From Betaproteobacteria bacterium (lineage in GTDB: Bacteria > Pseudomonadota > Gammaproteobacteria > Burkholderiales > SG8-41): a stretch of DNA of 64,000 nucleotides. Position 1 is the stretch's first letter. The number at the start of each line of letters is the position of its first letter. Positions 55,042 through 63,443 of the stretch are shown in pieces. The notes under the pieces were generated by a model. It did no database searches. It saw only the letters and a program-made list of their open reading frames with translations, and was not told where the DNA came from. Location: positions 2,455 to 66,454 of the forward strand of contig CANKUB010000006.1 in NCBI GenBank assembly GCA_947486575.1. Direction: 5' to 3'. The translations under genes and the position numbers were made by a program.

Positions 55042-55962
55042 CTAGTCGGAGAACGCCTTACTGTCCATTACCTGCCGCGCGAAACGCATGTCCGACAAGT
55101 CATCATACGTGCAGGAATTGCGGATCGCGCCGCACGCCAGCATCGCGTCGCGCAGCCACTCCAGCCCCTCGCGGTGCTGCAGCGGATTGGTATTCCACAC
55201 CCCACTCGCTTTGTAGCCATCGCAACTCGCCGCGAGGGTTTGCAAAGGGATTTCGGGCATGTATGAGGCAATCGCTTCCGCCAGCGCGCGTCCGTCGTGC
55301 GTGGCGATCCATTGTTCCGTGCGATACATGGCGCGCGTCATGCGCAGCACGGTATCGGGTGCACGCTCGATAAAGGCGCGCGTGGTATTCAACGTGGTGT
55401 AGGTCGTCGGGCCGCGGCTGGCAGCGGTATACCAGCGGTGCCCAACGCCTTCATCCACCAGTCGCGTTGCAAACGGCTCGAACACCTGAATCACATCCAC
55501 CGCCCCCGCGCGCAACAACGCGACATTTTCCGCCATGGTACGTGCTGGCGACAGCGCAATGCTGGCTGGATCAACACCTGCCAGACGCAAATCCTGTTGC
55601 AGACAGTACCAGGGCGTGGGCACTTCACTCACGACAGCCACCCGCTTCGCTGCCAGATCCTGCATGCGAAACGCCTTGTTCGGCGCGCGTCCCAGTAAAT
55701 AAAAAGGATCACGCCCGACCACTTCACAAAAGCTCACCAGACCATTCGCCGGGTTCTTGTCCCACGCATGCAGCAGCCGCATCGGACCGCCCCACGATAC
55801 CTGCCCCGTTCCCGTCAGTATCGCGTTGAGTGTCTGGTCAGCCGCATCGGACATTCTGAGCTGCACTTCGACGCCCTCAGTGTCAAAGGCTTTCAGCGCG
55901 AATGCCGCATAAAACGGCGCATAAAACACGGCGCGAAAATTTTCGATCAGGGTGATGGCCAT
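55042..55962 (-). CDS. NMT1/THI5-like (ABC-type SBP fold) protein without a signal peptide
   Basis: The track ORF is trimmed to ATG 55960-55962, which follows AAGGAA. The product starts directly in the domain (MAITLIENFRAVFYAPFYAAFALKAFDTEGVEV). The longer N-terminal extension is not hydrophobic. Confidence 0.65.
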   Translation of the reverse strand: MAITLIENFRAVFYAPFYAAFALKAFDTEGVEVQLRMSDAADQTLNAILTGTGQVSWGGPMRLLHAWDKNPANGLVSFCEVVGRDPFYLLGRAPNKAFRMQDLAAKRVAVVSEVPTPWYCLQQDLRLAGVDPASIALSPARTMAENVALLRAGAVDVIQVFEPFATRLVDEGVGHRWYTAASRGPTTYTTLNTTRAFIERAPDTVLRMTRAMYRTEQWIATHDGRALAEAIASYMPEIPLQTLAASCDGYKASGVWNTNPLQHREGLEWLRDAMLACGAIRNSCTYDDLSDMRFARQVMDSKAFSD

Positions 55963-55990
55963 GCTGTTCCTTTGTTTATTCCGGGGAAAC

Positions 55991-56986
55991 CTACTCTGCC
56001 TTGATCCCTGCATCCTTGACGACGCCTGCCCACACCTTCGACTCCGCAGCAATACGATCTGCCAGTTCGCGCGGTGTGCTGGTTTCCGGCTCCAGCCCCT
56101 GGCGCGCCATGGCCTGCTGCACGTCCAGCATGCCCACGGCCTTTACGGACTCAGAATGCAGCCTGTTCACAATCTTTATAGGTGTTTTCGCCGGCAACAG
56201 CAATGCATACCATGAACCCACGTCAAACCCGGGAAAACCCTGCTCCGCCAGCGTGGGCAATTCCGGCACCACGCGTGATCGTTTAGCGCCGGTGGACGCC
56301 AGTGCTTTCAGGCGCCCGCTCTTTACGTGCTGAATTGAGGAGGCCACACTGGCAAACAATACCTGCGTCTCCCCACCCAGCACGGCCGCTGCCGCCGGCC
56401 CGCCGCCTTTGTACGCAATATGCGCCATCGTTACCCCTGCGCGCTTTTGAAACAGTTCCGCTGCCAGATGCAACGGACTGCCCACGCCCGCCGAAGCGTA
56501 GTTAAAGCCACTCGGTTTGGCTTTGGCCAGTGCAATGAACTCCTTGAGGTTGCTGGCCTGCACACTCGAATGCAACACCAGAATGTACTGCGCCGTCGCC
56601 AGCAGCGTGACCGGCTGGAAATCCCTTTCCGCGTTAAATGACAACTTGTAAAGATAGGGATTCACCGTCAGCACCGTATTGAACCCCATGAACGTGGTAT
56701 AGCCGTCGGGCGCCGCGTTCGCCACGATTTCAGCCGCCAGATTACCGCCCGCCCCGCCACGGTTATCCACCACCCATGCCTGGCCCAAGGCGTTGTGCAG
56801 CTTCGGCGTAATAATCCGCGCCATCGTATCTGCGCCGCCGCCTGCGGCAAACGGCACCAGAATGCGTATCGGGCGTGTGGGATAGGCTGGTTCCGCTGCA
56901 ATAGCTGATACAGTCAGCAACATCGCCGCAACAAAAATAGTTTCGCTAAAACAATGCGTTACATTCATTTTGGACAATACTTCCAT
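55991..56986 (-). CDS. Bug/TctC-family periplasmic solute-binding protein
   Basis: Motifs YPTRPIRILVPFAAGGGAD, VVDNRGGAGG, PDGYT and C-terminal DAGIKAE. An alternative start lies at 56968. Confidence 0.88.
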   Translation of the reverse strand: MEVLSKMNVTHCFSETIFVAAMLLTVSAIAAEPAYPTRPIRILVPFAAGGGADTMARIITPKLHNALGQAWVVDNRGGAGGNLAAEIVANAAPDGYTTFMGFNTVLTVNPYLYKLSFNAERDFQPVTLLATAQYILVLHSSVQASNLKEFIALAKAKPSGFNYASAGVGSPLHLAAELFQKRAGVTMAHIAYKGGGPAAAAVLGGETQVLFASVASSIQHVKSGRLKALASTGAKRSRVVPELPTLAEQGFPGFDVGSWYALLLPAKTPIKIVNRLHSESVKAVGMLDVQQAMARQGLEPETSTPRELADRIAAESKVWAGVVKDAGIKAE

Positions 56987-56992
56987 CGCGGC

Positions 56993-58357
56993 CTATACCA
57001 CGGTCAATCGCGTTATTTCGCCAGCATCGGCGACGTCTTCAAGTTTCCACAAGCGTGCCAGCAACGCTTCTGACTTCGAATCCGGCAATACCTTCCGTGC
57101 CAGCGTGCGAAATTTCTTTTCGATGTCGGCATCGTCCATGGGGTTCTTCCAGTGGCCTTTGTGATGATCCACCACCGTGCTGAATTCGGCACCGGATTTT
57201 GTAATGAGTTTGAAGTAGCAGCGCATCGCATCCGGCATATGCTTATCCGCTTCGGCCGACGCGTTGATTTTCACCTTGCGTGTCAGCGCACGGATCGCCG
57301 GGTCGAACACGTGTGCATCGTCAAAATGTTCTTCCTGCACGTCGCCATGTATCAGCGCCACAGCCACGGTGTAGGGCATGCTGTGATCAGCCGTCTCGCG
57401 ATTGGGTGGCTCCCATTTCTCTGGCGTGTCGGCCATCAATACGATGGCAGTCGTCACCGTTTCTATCTGAATTTCGGCGATATCGTCAGGCGATGAGACC
57501 TTCTCGCGCATCTGTAAAGCGGCTTCGCACACTGTTTGCGAATACTGGCCCAGCGGAAACCGCTTGATCAGGCATTCCATGATTTTAAAGGGTGCACCCT
57601 GTATGCCACCGAGCGTATCCAGCGCAAATGTCTTGCGTGCCACCGCCTTGAAATAGCCGCCCACGCCCTCGAATATCGGCGACGGCCCCGTCATGCCGCG
57701 TGACGCCAGCATCGCCGCAAACACTGCATTGCGCGAGGCATTGGCATAGGCACAGCCCTTCCACATCGACACGTTGCCTATGCGTGTTTGATACAGCGCG
57801 TTGTTCGGCGCGATGCCGAGTTGCAGGCAATGCTCGAATGCCTTGCCCTTTAACCCGAACAGCCACGCGACGGCAACTGTGCTCGCCATACCACCCACGG
57901 TGACATGATCGTAGCCAATGGGTTTCAAATCCACCTCATCGCAAATGCGGCAAAACATTTCGTACGCCAGCACCGTGGCCAGAATCACATCCTTGCCGCT
58001 GCGCTGGTTGATCTCAGCCGCCGTCAGCACCGCCGCGATGCTGTCGCTGGGATGGCCCGACTCGCCCTTGCTGGTATAGCCGTCGTTGTAATCCAGAAAA
58101 CGGATCATCACGCCATTGGCGAATGTCGCCAGCTCGGGACTGGTTTTGAGTCCGCTGACCATCACTGTTGCGGGTTGTTTACTGCTGGTCATATCCGCCA
58201 AATCGCGTGCGATTTTCTCCGGCGCGCTGTTGTAGCCGCCGAGCGCGCAGCCGATGGAATCGATAATCACGCGCTTGGCGGTTTTGATCACCTCCGGCGG
58301 TAGGTCTTCGTAACGCAGGTTGGCGGCGTAGGTGCTGAGTTGTTCGACTATCGTCAT
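56993..58357 (-). CDS. MmgE/PrpD family protein
   Basis: The product contains LSTYAANLRYEDLPPEVIKTAKRVIIDSIG and ADHSMPYTVAVAL. Confidence 0.85.
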   Translation of the reverse strand: MTIVEQLSTYAANLRYEDLPPEVIKTAKRVIIDSIGCALGGYNSAPEKIARDLADMTSSKQPATVMVSGLKTSPELATFANGVMIRFLDYNDGYTSKGESGHPSDSIAAVLTAAEINQRSGKDVILATVLAYEMFCRICDEVDLKPIGYDHVTVGGMASTVAVAWLFGLKGKAFEHCLQLGIAPNNALYQTRIGNVSMWKGCAYANASRNAVFAAMLASRGMTGPSPIFEGVGGYFKAVARKTFALDTLGGIQGAPFKIMECLIKRFPLGQYSQTVCEAALQMREKVSSPDDIAEIQIETVTTAIVLMADTPEKWEPPNRETADHSMPYTVAVALIHGDVQEEHFDDAHVFDPAIRALTRKVKINASAEADKHMPDAMRCYFKLITKSGAEFSTVVDHHKGHWKNPMDDADIEKKFRTLARKVLPDSKSEALLARLWKLEDVADAGEITRLTVV

Positions 58358-58374
58358 GACTTCATTTTTGAGTT

Positions 58375-58469
58375 GTAGGGCGGAAAAGCGTAGCGCCTTC
58401 CGCCACGCCTATTGGCAATACCACGCTCGTTCGGCGGATGATGCTATGCTTATCCGCCCGGCGGGTTAC
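58375..58469. repeat. REP-like palindromic element pair (REPIN-like) between two PrpD paralogs
   Basis: The two copies are in inverted orientation. One is GTAG-GGCGGAAAAGCGTAGCGCCTTCCGCC (58375-58404). The other, on the reverse strand, is GTAACCCGCC-GGGCGGATAAGCATAGCATCATCCGCC (58469-58433). Each forms a GGCGGA(A/T)...(A/T)TCCGCC hairpin. Confidence 0.6.
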
Positions 58470-59854
58470 TTTATAAAATCCCGCACACTCACCTCATCCC
58501 GCAACCGCCAAACCCGCTGTATCACCCGTCCCATCTCAGACTCACCCGCGCCGCCGTTGTAACCGGCAAGCCGCACCGCTTTGTCCTCAATCTCCGTCCG
58601 GGAAAGCGTGTTGTCCGGATCGCCTTTAGGCGACGATACTTTGCCTTCCAGCTTGCGGCCATCCTTGGTCGTTGCGGTTACATGACCCAGCCAGCGCTTG
58701 GGATACGCGTCATCCACCACCGGGTCGAGGACCATTTTCACCTTGTCGTGGAACGAACGTGTCGCCGGGTCTTTGAGGGAATCCTCGGTAAAATCCGCCA
58801 GGCCTGCGCGCCCGTGCAATGCCGCCAGCGCCAGCACGAACCCCATCGAGAATTTGGATTGATGGATAGTCTGCGGATCGGTTACCGGGCCCAGCACGTC
58901 GATGGCACCTTGATGCACATGCGCGGTCACCGCCGTAATGTCGTCGTGTTTCAGCTTATTGTCCTGCATCACTTTCAGCAACGCGTCAGCCGCGGGGTGG
59001 GTATGGCGGCAGGAAGCGTGAAACTTGAACGAGGTTTCGGTCATGCCCCAGCGTGTGCCGAGACCATCAATCAGTTTTGCGGGATCGGCATCGGTGGACA
59101 TGCCCGCCGCCATGCCTTGTTTTCCTTCAAGAATTTTGTGCGCGCCGGTAAAGCCATCACGAGCGATATAGGCAGCCATCAGGCCGTCAGCCGCCGCTTT
59201 GGCCGTATGCAATTGCTTGGAATCAGCCGCATCGCGCAGGAACTCCCACAAACCCGCCGCCATGGTGCCCGCCGAGCCGATGCAGTGCTGCATTTGTTGC
59301 GCATTGAGTTTGAGGATGTGCGCCACGCCTGCCGCTGCTGCAAGCTTGCCCGCAGTGCCGGTGGTGTGAAACACCTTGTAGTGCGAGCGGCCAAGAAATT
59401 CGCCAACCCGCACACCGCAATCATAGCCAGCGACGGATGCCGCGATCAGATCCTTGCCGGTCGCGCCCACTTCCTGTGCCGCCGCGAGCACTGCCGGGAA
59501 CACCACCGTGGCCGGGTGATAGACGGAACCGTTGTGCACATCATCCTGCTCCACCACGTGCGAAGCCGCACCGTTGATCAGCGCGGCGAAAAACGGCGAG
59601 GTGCGGCCGCGCGTGGTCAGTATTTCCGCAGGGCCTGTGGCGGGCCCCATGGCCTTGGCAAACTGCTCCAGCACCAGAACGGGACGCGAGCCCTTGCCTG
59701 CCAGACCAGAGCCCAGCCAGTCGAGAAAAAAATCTTCAGTTCGAGATACCACATCCAGCGGCAGCGCTTCGTAACGTATCGACGCCAGAAACTCGCACAG
59801 GGTTTGCGTTTCGCTTTTGGCGGACGAGAGGGGATTGTTTTCGGCTTGATCCAT
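58466..59854 (-). CDS. MmgE/PrpD family protein
   Basis: The start ATG at 59852-59854 follows AAGGAG (MDQAENNPLS). The product contains LCEFLASIRYEALPLDVVSRTEDFFLDWLG. Confidence 0.85.
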   Translation of the reverse strand: MDQAENNPLSSAKSETQTLCEFLASIRYEALPLDVVSRTEDFFLDWLGSGLAGKGSRPVLVLEQFAKAMGPATGPAEILTTRGRTSPFFAALINGAASHVVEQDDVHNGSVYHPATVVFPAVLAAAQEVGATGKDLIAASVAGYDCGVRVGEFLGRSHYKVFHTTGTAGKLAAAAGVAHILKLNAQQMQHCIGSAGTMAAGLWEFLRDAADSKQLHTAKAAADGLMAAYIARDGFTGAHKILEGKQGMAAGMSTDADPAKLIDGLGTRWGMTETSFKFHASCRHTHPAADALLKVMQDNKLKHDDITAVTAHVHQGAIDVLGPVTDPQTIHQSKFSMGFVLALAALHGRAGLADFTEDSLKDPATRSFHDKVKMVLDPVVDDAYPKRWLGHVTATTKDGRKLEGKVSSPKGDPDNTLSRTEIEDKAVRLAGYNGGAGESEMGRVIQRVWRLRDEVSVRDFIK

Positions 59855-59922
59855 GATAAATACTCCTTGGTGATGCGCCAATTGTAGTCGAATGCACCGC
59901 GCGGATTCGCCGCGAAATGCGT

Positions 59923-60900
59923 TTACTCCGCCTGTATGCCGGCTGCTTTGATGACACGGGCCCAGGTATCACTTTCCTGCCGTATATGCTGCGCAAACTC
60001 GGCACCGGGCTTGAATACCGGCTCGACGCCCAGTTTCAAAAAAGCCTCTTTGACATCCGGCATTTCAAGCACTTTCCGCGATTCCGCAATCAGGGTATTC
60101 ACCACGGGCGCGGGCGTACGCAATGGCAGAAAGAATCCGTACCAGGAGGTGACTTCAAGATCCTTGTAACCGAGTTCGCCCACGGTTGCCACATCCGGCG
60201 CCGCGACCGCGCGTCGCGGGCCTGTCACAGCAATGGCTTTCAACCGGCCCGTTTTGACATGCGGCACCACCGACGGCAGGCTACCGAACAACACCTGCAC
60301 CTCGCCGGCCAGCAGCGCAATCGACGCCGGGCCGCCGCCCTTGTACGGCACGTGCGTAAGCTGCGCCCCCGTGCGCGCCTTGAAGAGTTCCGCCGATAAA
60401 TGCAGCGGCGTGCCTATGCCGGAGGACGAATAGCTCAAGGTCGTGGATTTTGATTTGGCCAGTGCAATGAACTCATTCAGCGAATCCGCCTTTACGCCGG
60501 GATGCAATACCAGCATGTACTGTCCGGCATTGAGCATAGTGACGGGAATGAGGTCCTTCACCGGATCAAACGGCAGCTTGTACATCAGGGGATTGACCGT
60601 GATGACGCCGCTCAACGCAAACAGCACCGTCTGCCCGTCGGGGTTGGCGCGTACCACGATTTCAGCGGCAATATTGCCGCCCGCACCACCACGATTGTCA
60701 TTTACCCAGGGCTGCCCCAGCGCATCCTGCAGCTTGGGTGTGATCGTACGCGACAAGGCATCCGCGCCGCCGCCAGGCGCAAACGGAATCAGCAATCGTA
60801 CCGGCTTATCGGGTTTCCAGCCGGCTGCGTGCGCCGGAACGCCGGCAAGAGCAACCAAAGCAGCAAGCACAAATGACTCTATACCATTGTTTTTAAACAC
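59923..60900 (-). CDS. Bug/TctC-family periplasmic solute-binding protein
   Basis: Motifs KPDKPVRLLIPFAPGGGAD, VNDNRGGAGG, PDGQT and C-terminal AAGIQAE. The start is uncertain. The GTG at 60898-60900 is the first start downstream of the preceding gene's stop. Confidence 0.85.
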   Translation of the reverse strand: MFKNNGIESFVLAALVALAGVPAHAAGWKPDKPVRLLIPFAPGGGADALSRTITPKLQDALGQPWVNDNRGGAGGNIAAEIVVRANPDGQTVLFALSGVITVNPLMYKLPFDPVKDLIPVTMLNAGQYMLVLHPGVKADSLNEFIALAKSKSTTLSYSSSGIGTPLHLSAELFKARTGAQLTHVPYKGGGPASIALLAGEVQVLFGSLPSVVPHVKTGRLKAIAVTGPRRAVAAPDVATVGELGYKDLEVTSWYGFFLPLRTPAPVVNTLIAESRKVLEMPDVKEAFLKLGVEPVFKPGAEFAQHIRQESDTWARVIKAAGIQAE

Positions 60901-60913
60901 TATTTTTAGCTTT

Positions 60914-61894
60914 TTATTCCGGCTTGATGCCAGCCTCCTGCGCCACCTTGGCATACTTCTGATACTCCACAGCCACGTACTTGCCGAGATCCTCCGGCGT
61001 ACCTAGCAGGGTGTCTATGCCCTGCCCGGCGATGTTCGCCTTCACCTCAGGCTCGTTCATCGCGCGCCGCGTTTCCGCATTCAGGCGATCAATGATCGGG
61101 CGCGGCACGCCCGCGGGCGCGAACATGGCATACCACACGCCTGACTCATAGCCGGGCACGCCCGATTCGTGCACTGTGGGAAGATTCGGCAACATCGGCG
61201 TGCGTTTCAGCGTGGTGGCTGCAATCGCCCGCACTTTGTTGGCCTGGATATGCGGAAATATCGGACCGATGCCGGTGATCATGAACTGCACTTCGCCGGA
61301 AAGTAAGCCGATCATCGCAGGCCCTGCGCCTTTGTACGCCACACGTGTCATTTGTGTGTTCGCCATACGGTTAAACATTTCCGTCGCAAGCCAGGTGGAA
61401 CTGGCGCTCGCGGCATACAGCATCTCGCCTTTGCGCGCACGCGCCAACTGCAGAATGTCGCGTGTCGTCTTGACCGGCAACGAGGGGTGCACCACCAGCA
61501 GGCTCGGTATCTCGCCAATATTGATCACCGGCGCAAAATCCTTCAGCGTGTCAAAGGGCACGCGCTTGTAGACGCTGGCATTGATTGCCTGCGAGCTGGA
61601 GTTCATCAGCACGGTATAGCCGTCCGCTGGCGCCTTGACCACCACCTCCATCGCCAGCAACGCATCTGCGCCAGGCCGGTTTTCGATAATGATTTGCTGC
61701 CCCAGAAAGGCCCCCAGCTTGGGACTCACTATGCGCGCAATGACATCCGTCGCGCCACCGGGAGCAAAACCAATCATCATGCGAACCGGCTTGGTGGGAT
61801 AGGCTTGCGCCTTCAGATCGCCCGCACTCAAGCCGGCCAACACCAGCAATCCAGCAGACAGCGTAGCCAACCGGCCCTTCTGATACTTGAACAT
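60914..61894 (-). CDS. Bug/TctC-family periplasmic solute-binding protein
   Basis: Motifs YPTKPVRMMIGFAPGGATD, IIENRPGADA, ADGYT and C-terminal EAGIKPE. Confidence 0.9.
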   Translation of the reverse strand: MFKYQKGRLATLSAGLLVLAGLSAGDLKAQAYPTKPVRMMIGFAPGGATDVIARIVSPKLGAFLGQQIIIENRPGADALLAMEVVVKAPADGYTVLMNSSSQAINASVYKRVPFDTLKDFAPVINIGEIPSLLVVHPSLPVKTTRDILQLARARKGEMLYAASASSTWLATEMFNRMANTQMTRVAYKGAGPAMIGLLSGEVQFMITGIGPIFPHIQANKVRAIAATTLKRTPMLPNLPTVHESGVPGYESGVWYAMFAPAGVPRPIIDRLNAETRRAMNEPEVKANIAGQGIDTLLGTPEDLGKYVAVEYQKYAKVAQEAGIKPE

Positions 61895-61948
61895 CAGTCA
61901 CTCCTCCGCTTTGTTTTTGCGCTCGGCATGGCAAAATGCCGACTCTGG

Positions 61949-62635
61949 ATGGAACCCTTATTAGGAACGCTCATGCAACAACTTATGCAAGGCAAAACCA
62001 TTGTTTACGATGCCATCACGGTAAAACGCGAAGGTGGATTCGCCTTCGACGTATGGCACCAGAATCATTATATTCCGTCAGTGCTGGCTGGTGGTCAAAT
62101 GCTCAATGTGCAATGTTATGGCAGTCCATTGCGCGCGACCTATGTTTCCGTATTCGAATCGAACGTCGAGGCCAGACCATTGCAAGGGACACTGCCACTG
62201 CCCATGCATGAATCAATAATGTCGACGGAGCGGCACATTGCCACCTTCGTCAATCAGCAATATGCGCCCAACACGGGCGACCCGTTCCACGACACGCCTA
62301 TCCTCTATCCCGTGCTATTCAGCGTGCCAGCCGACAACAAGGCCGGCGAAAAAGACTTTGACGCCTGGTACGACGAAGAGCATTTGGGCATCCTGTTGAA
62401 AAACCCGCACTGGCCAATGTGTCGACGCTTCAAAGTGCATGCGCCCGCCGATGGAGGCGGGACACCTCAGTGGACGCATATCGCGTTGCATTATCTGCGC
62501 GATCTGCGCGCACTGGAATCACCGGAGCGCGATGAAGCGCGCGCCACCCCGTGGCGTGCCCGGCTGGCACAGCATGCGTGGTTCAAGGGTGATTACCGCG
62601 TGCTGCACAAGTTTGGCCCGCGCAGAACATCCTGA
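61949..62635 (+). CDS. Hypothetical protein with two tandem halves carrying an F-x2-W-x4-H / DAWYDEEH motif (family not assigned)
   Basis: Only the part of track ORF 61352..62635 downstream of the Bug gene is taken. Candidate starts are at 61949, 61973 and 61985. It contains FAFDVWHQNHYIP and EKDFDAWYDEEHLGILL. Confidence 0.55.
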   Translation: MEPLLGTLMQQLMQGKTIVYDAITVKREGGFAFDVWHQNHYIPSVLAGGQMLNVQCYGSPLRATYVSVFESNVEARPLQGTLPLPMHESIMSTERHIATFVNQQYAPNTGDPFHDTPILYPVLFSVPADNKAGEKDFDAWYDEEHLGILLKNPHWPMCRRFKVHAPADGGGTPQWTHIALHYLRDLRALESPERDEARATPWRARLAQHAWFKGDYRVLHKFGPRRTS

Positions 62636-62665
62636 CTTCTTATTTAAAAACAAATACTTACGAAT

Positions 62666-63307
62666 CTACTTTTTCTCACCGAACACCCCTGCCAGCGGCC
62701 CGCGCGTCCAGTACGGTGTGTATTCGTTCACCATGTCGAGATACTTCGCGGCATCGCCGAACATTTTTACATCCATCGGCGATGTATAAGGTGCGCTGGC
62801 TTCGATCCAGCCAATGTAATCGATCTGATTGTTGTAGTCTGAACGCAGCACGCGCACCTGCGTCGTTTCCGGACGCTTTTCAAAATTGCCGCGGACGCCC
62901 TGAACGATGCGGTCAGCCAACGTATCGGGTGCACTGCGAAAACGCAAAAAGGTGAGCCGCGCAAAATGTCCGGTTAATGCCTGGCCCGGATAAATCTGCG
63001 TGCCGCTGCCGCGCCATTGTCCGCGCACCTTGGTCAGCATGCGCTTGGTCCAGGCGCTGAAACCGTTCCAGGATCGTTGCTTGTAGGGCTCACTTTCCAA
63101 CACGTCAATATGCGTCAGGTCATACATCGACAGATAGCGCGGCCAGCCATTCAGGCAGACATAGCGCCGTCCGGTTTCGAATCCGGGTATGGAGGTACGA
63201 TCGGGAATGTGCTCCATGTCATACCAGTCGTTAAATTCCTCGTCGTAAGCCGGTGTCGGCTCCATTGAGACCATCAGAAATCCCTTGCCTTGCTTTTGCT
63301 CACCCAT
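62666..63307 (-). CDS. Hypothetical protein; distant paralog of 61949..62635 (EEFNDWYDMEHIPD motif)
   Basis: The 213-aa product contains YDEEFNDWYDMEHIPDRTSIPGF and a second half-domain. It is convergent with the paralog. Confidence 0.6.
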   Translation of the reverse strand: MGEQKQGKGFLMVSMEPTPAYDEEFNDWYDMEHIPDRTSIPGFETGRRYVCLNGWPRYLSMYDLTHIDVLESEPYKQRSWNGFSAWTKRMLTKVRGQWRGSGTQIYPGQALTGHFARLTFLRFRSAPDTLADRIVQGVRGNFEKRPETTQVRVLRSDYNNQIDYIGWIEASAPYTSPMDVKMFGDAAKYLDMVNEYTPYWTRGPLAGVFGEKK

Positions 63308-63443
63308 GCTGTTATTCCATTTCTGTTTTTAAAGTGAAGTAATTTTCCATTATCACAAGGTTGATACAACGCCCGAATTGCGTTTCCCAGGAAATGGAAT
63401 TGGTATGAATCGATCTTTCGTTGTTGAATGGATAAATTAAAAA

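Noticed and set aside
61352-61948. The N-terminal 199 codons of track ORF 61352..62635. Comparable long N-terminal extensions occur on ORFs 474..1661, 23455.., 36421.., 38061.., 28242.. and 15290...
   Set aside because: The extensions overlap well-supported genes on the other strand or the preceding gene. They lack family similarity and precede an internal start with a good ribosome-binding site and a proper signal peptide or domain start.
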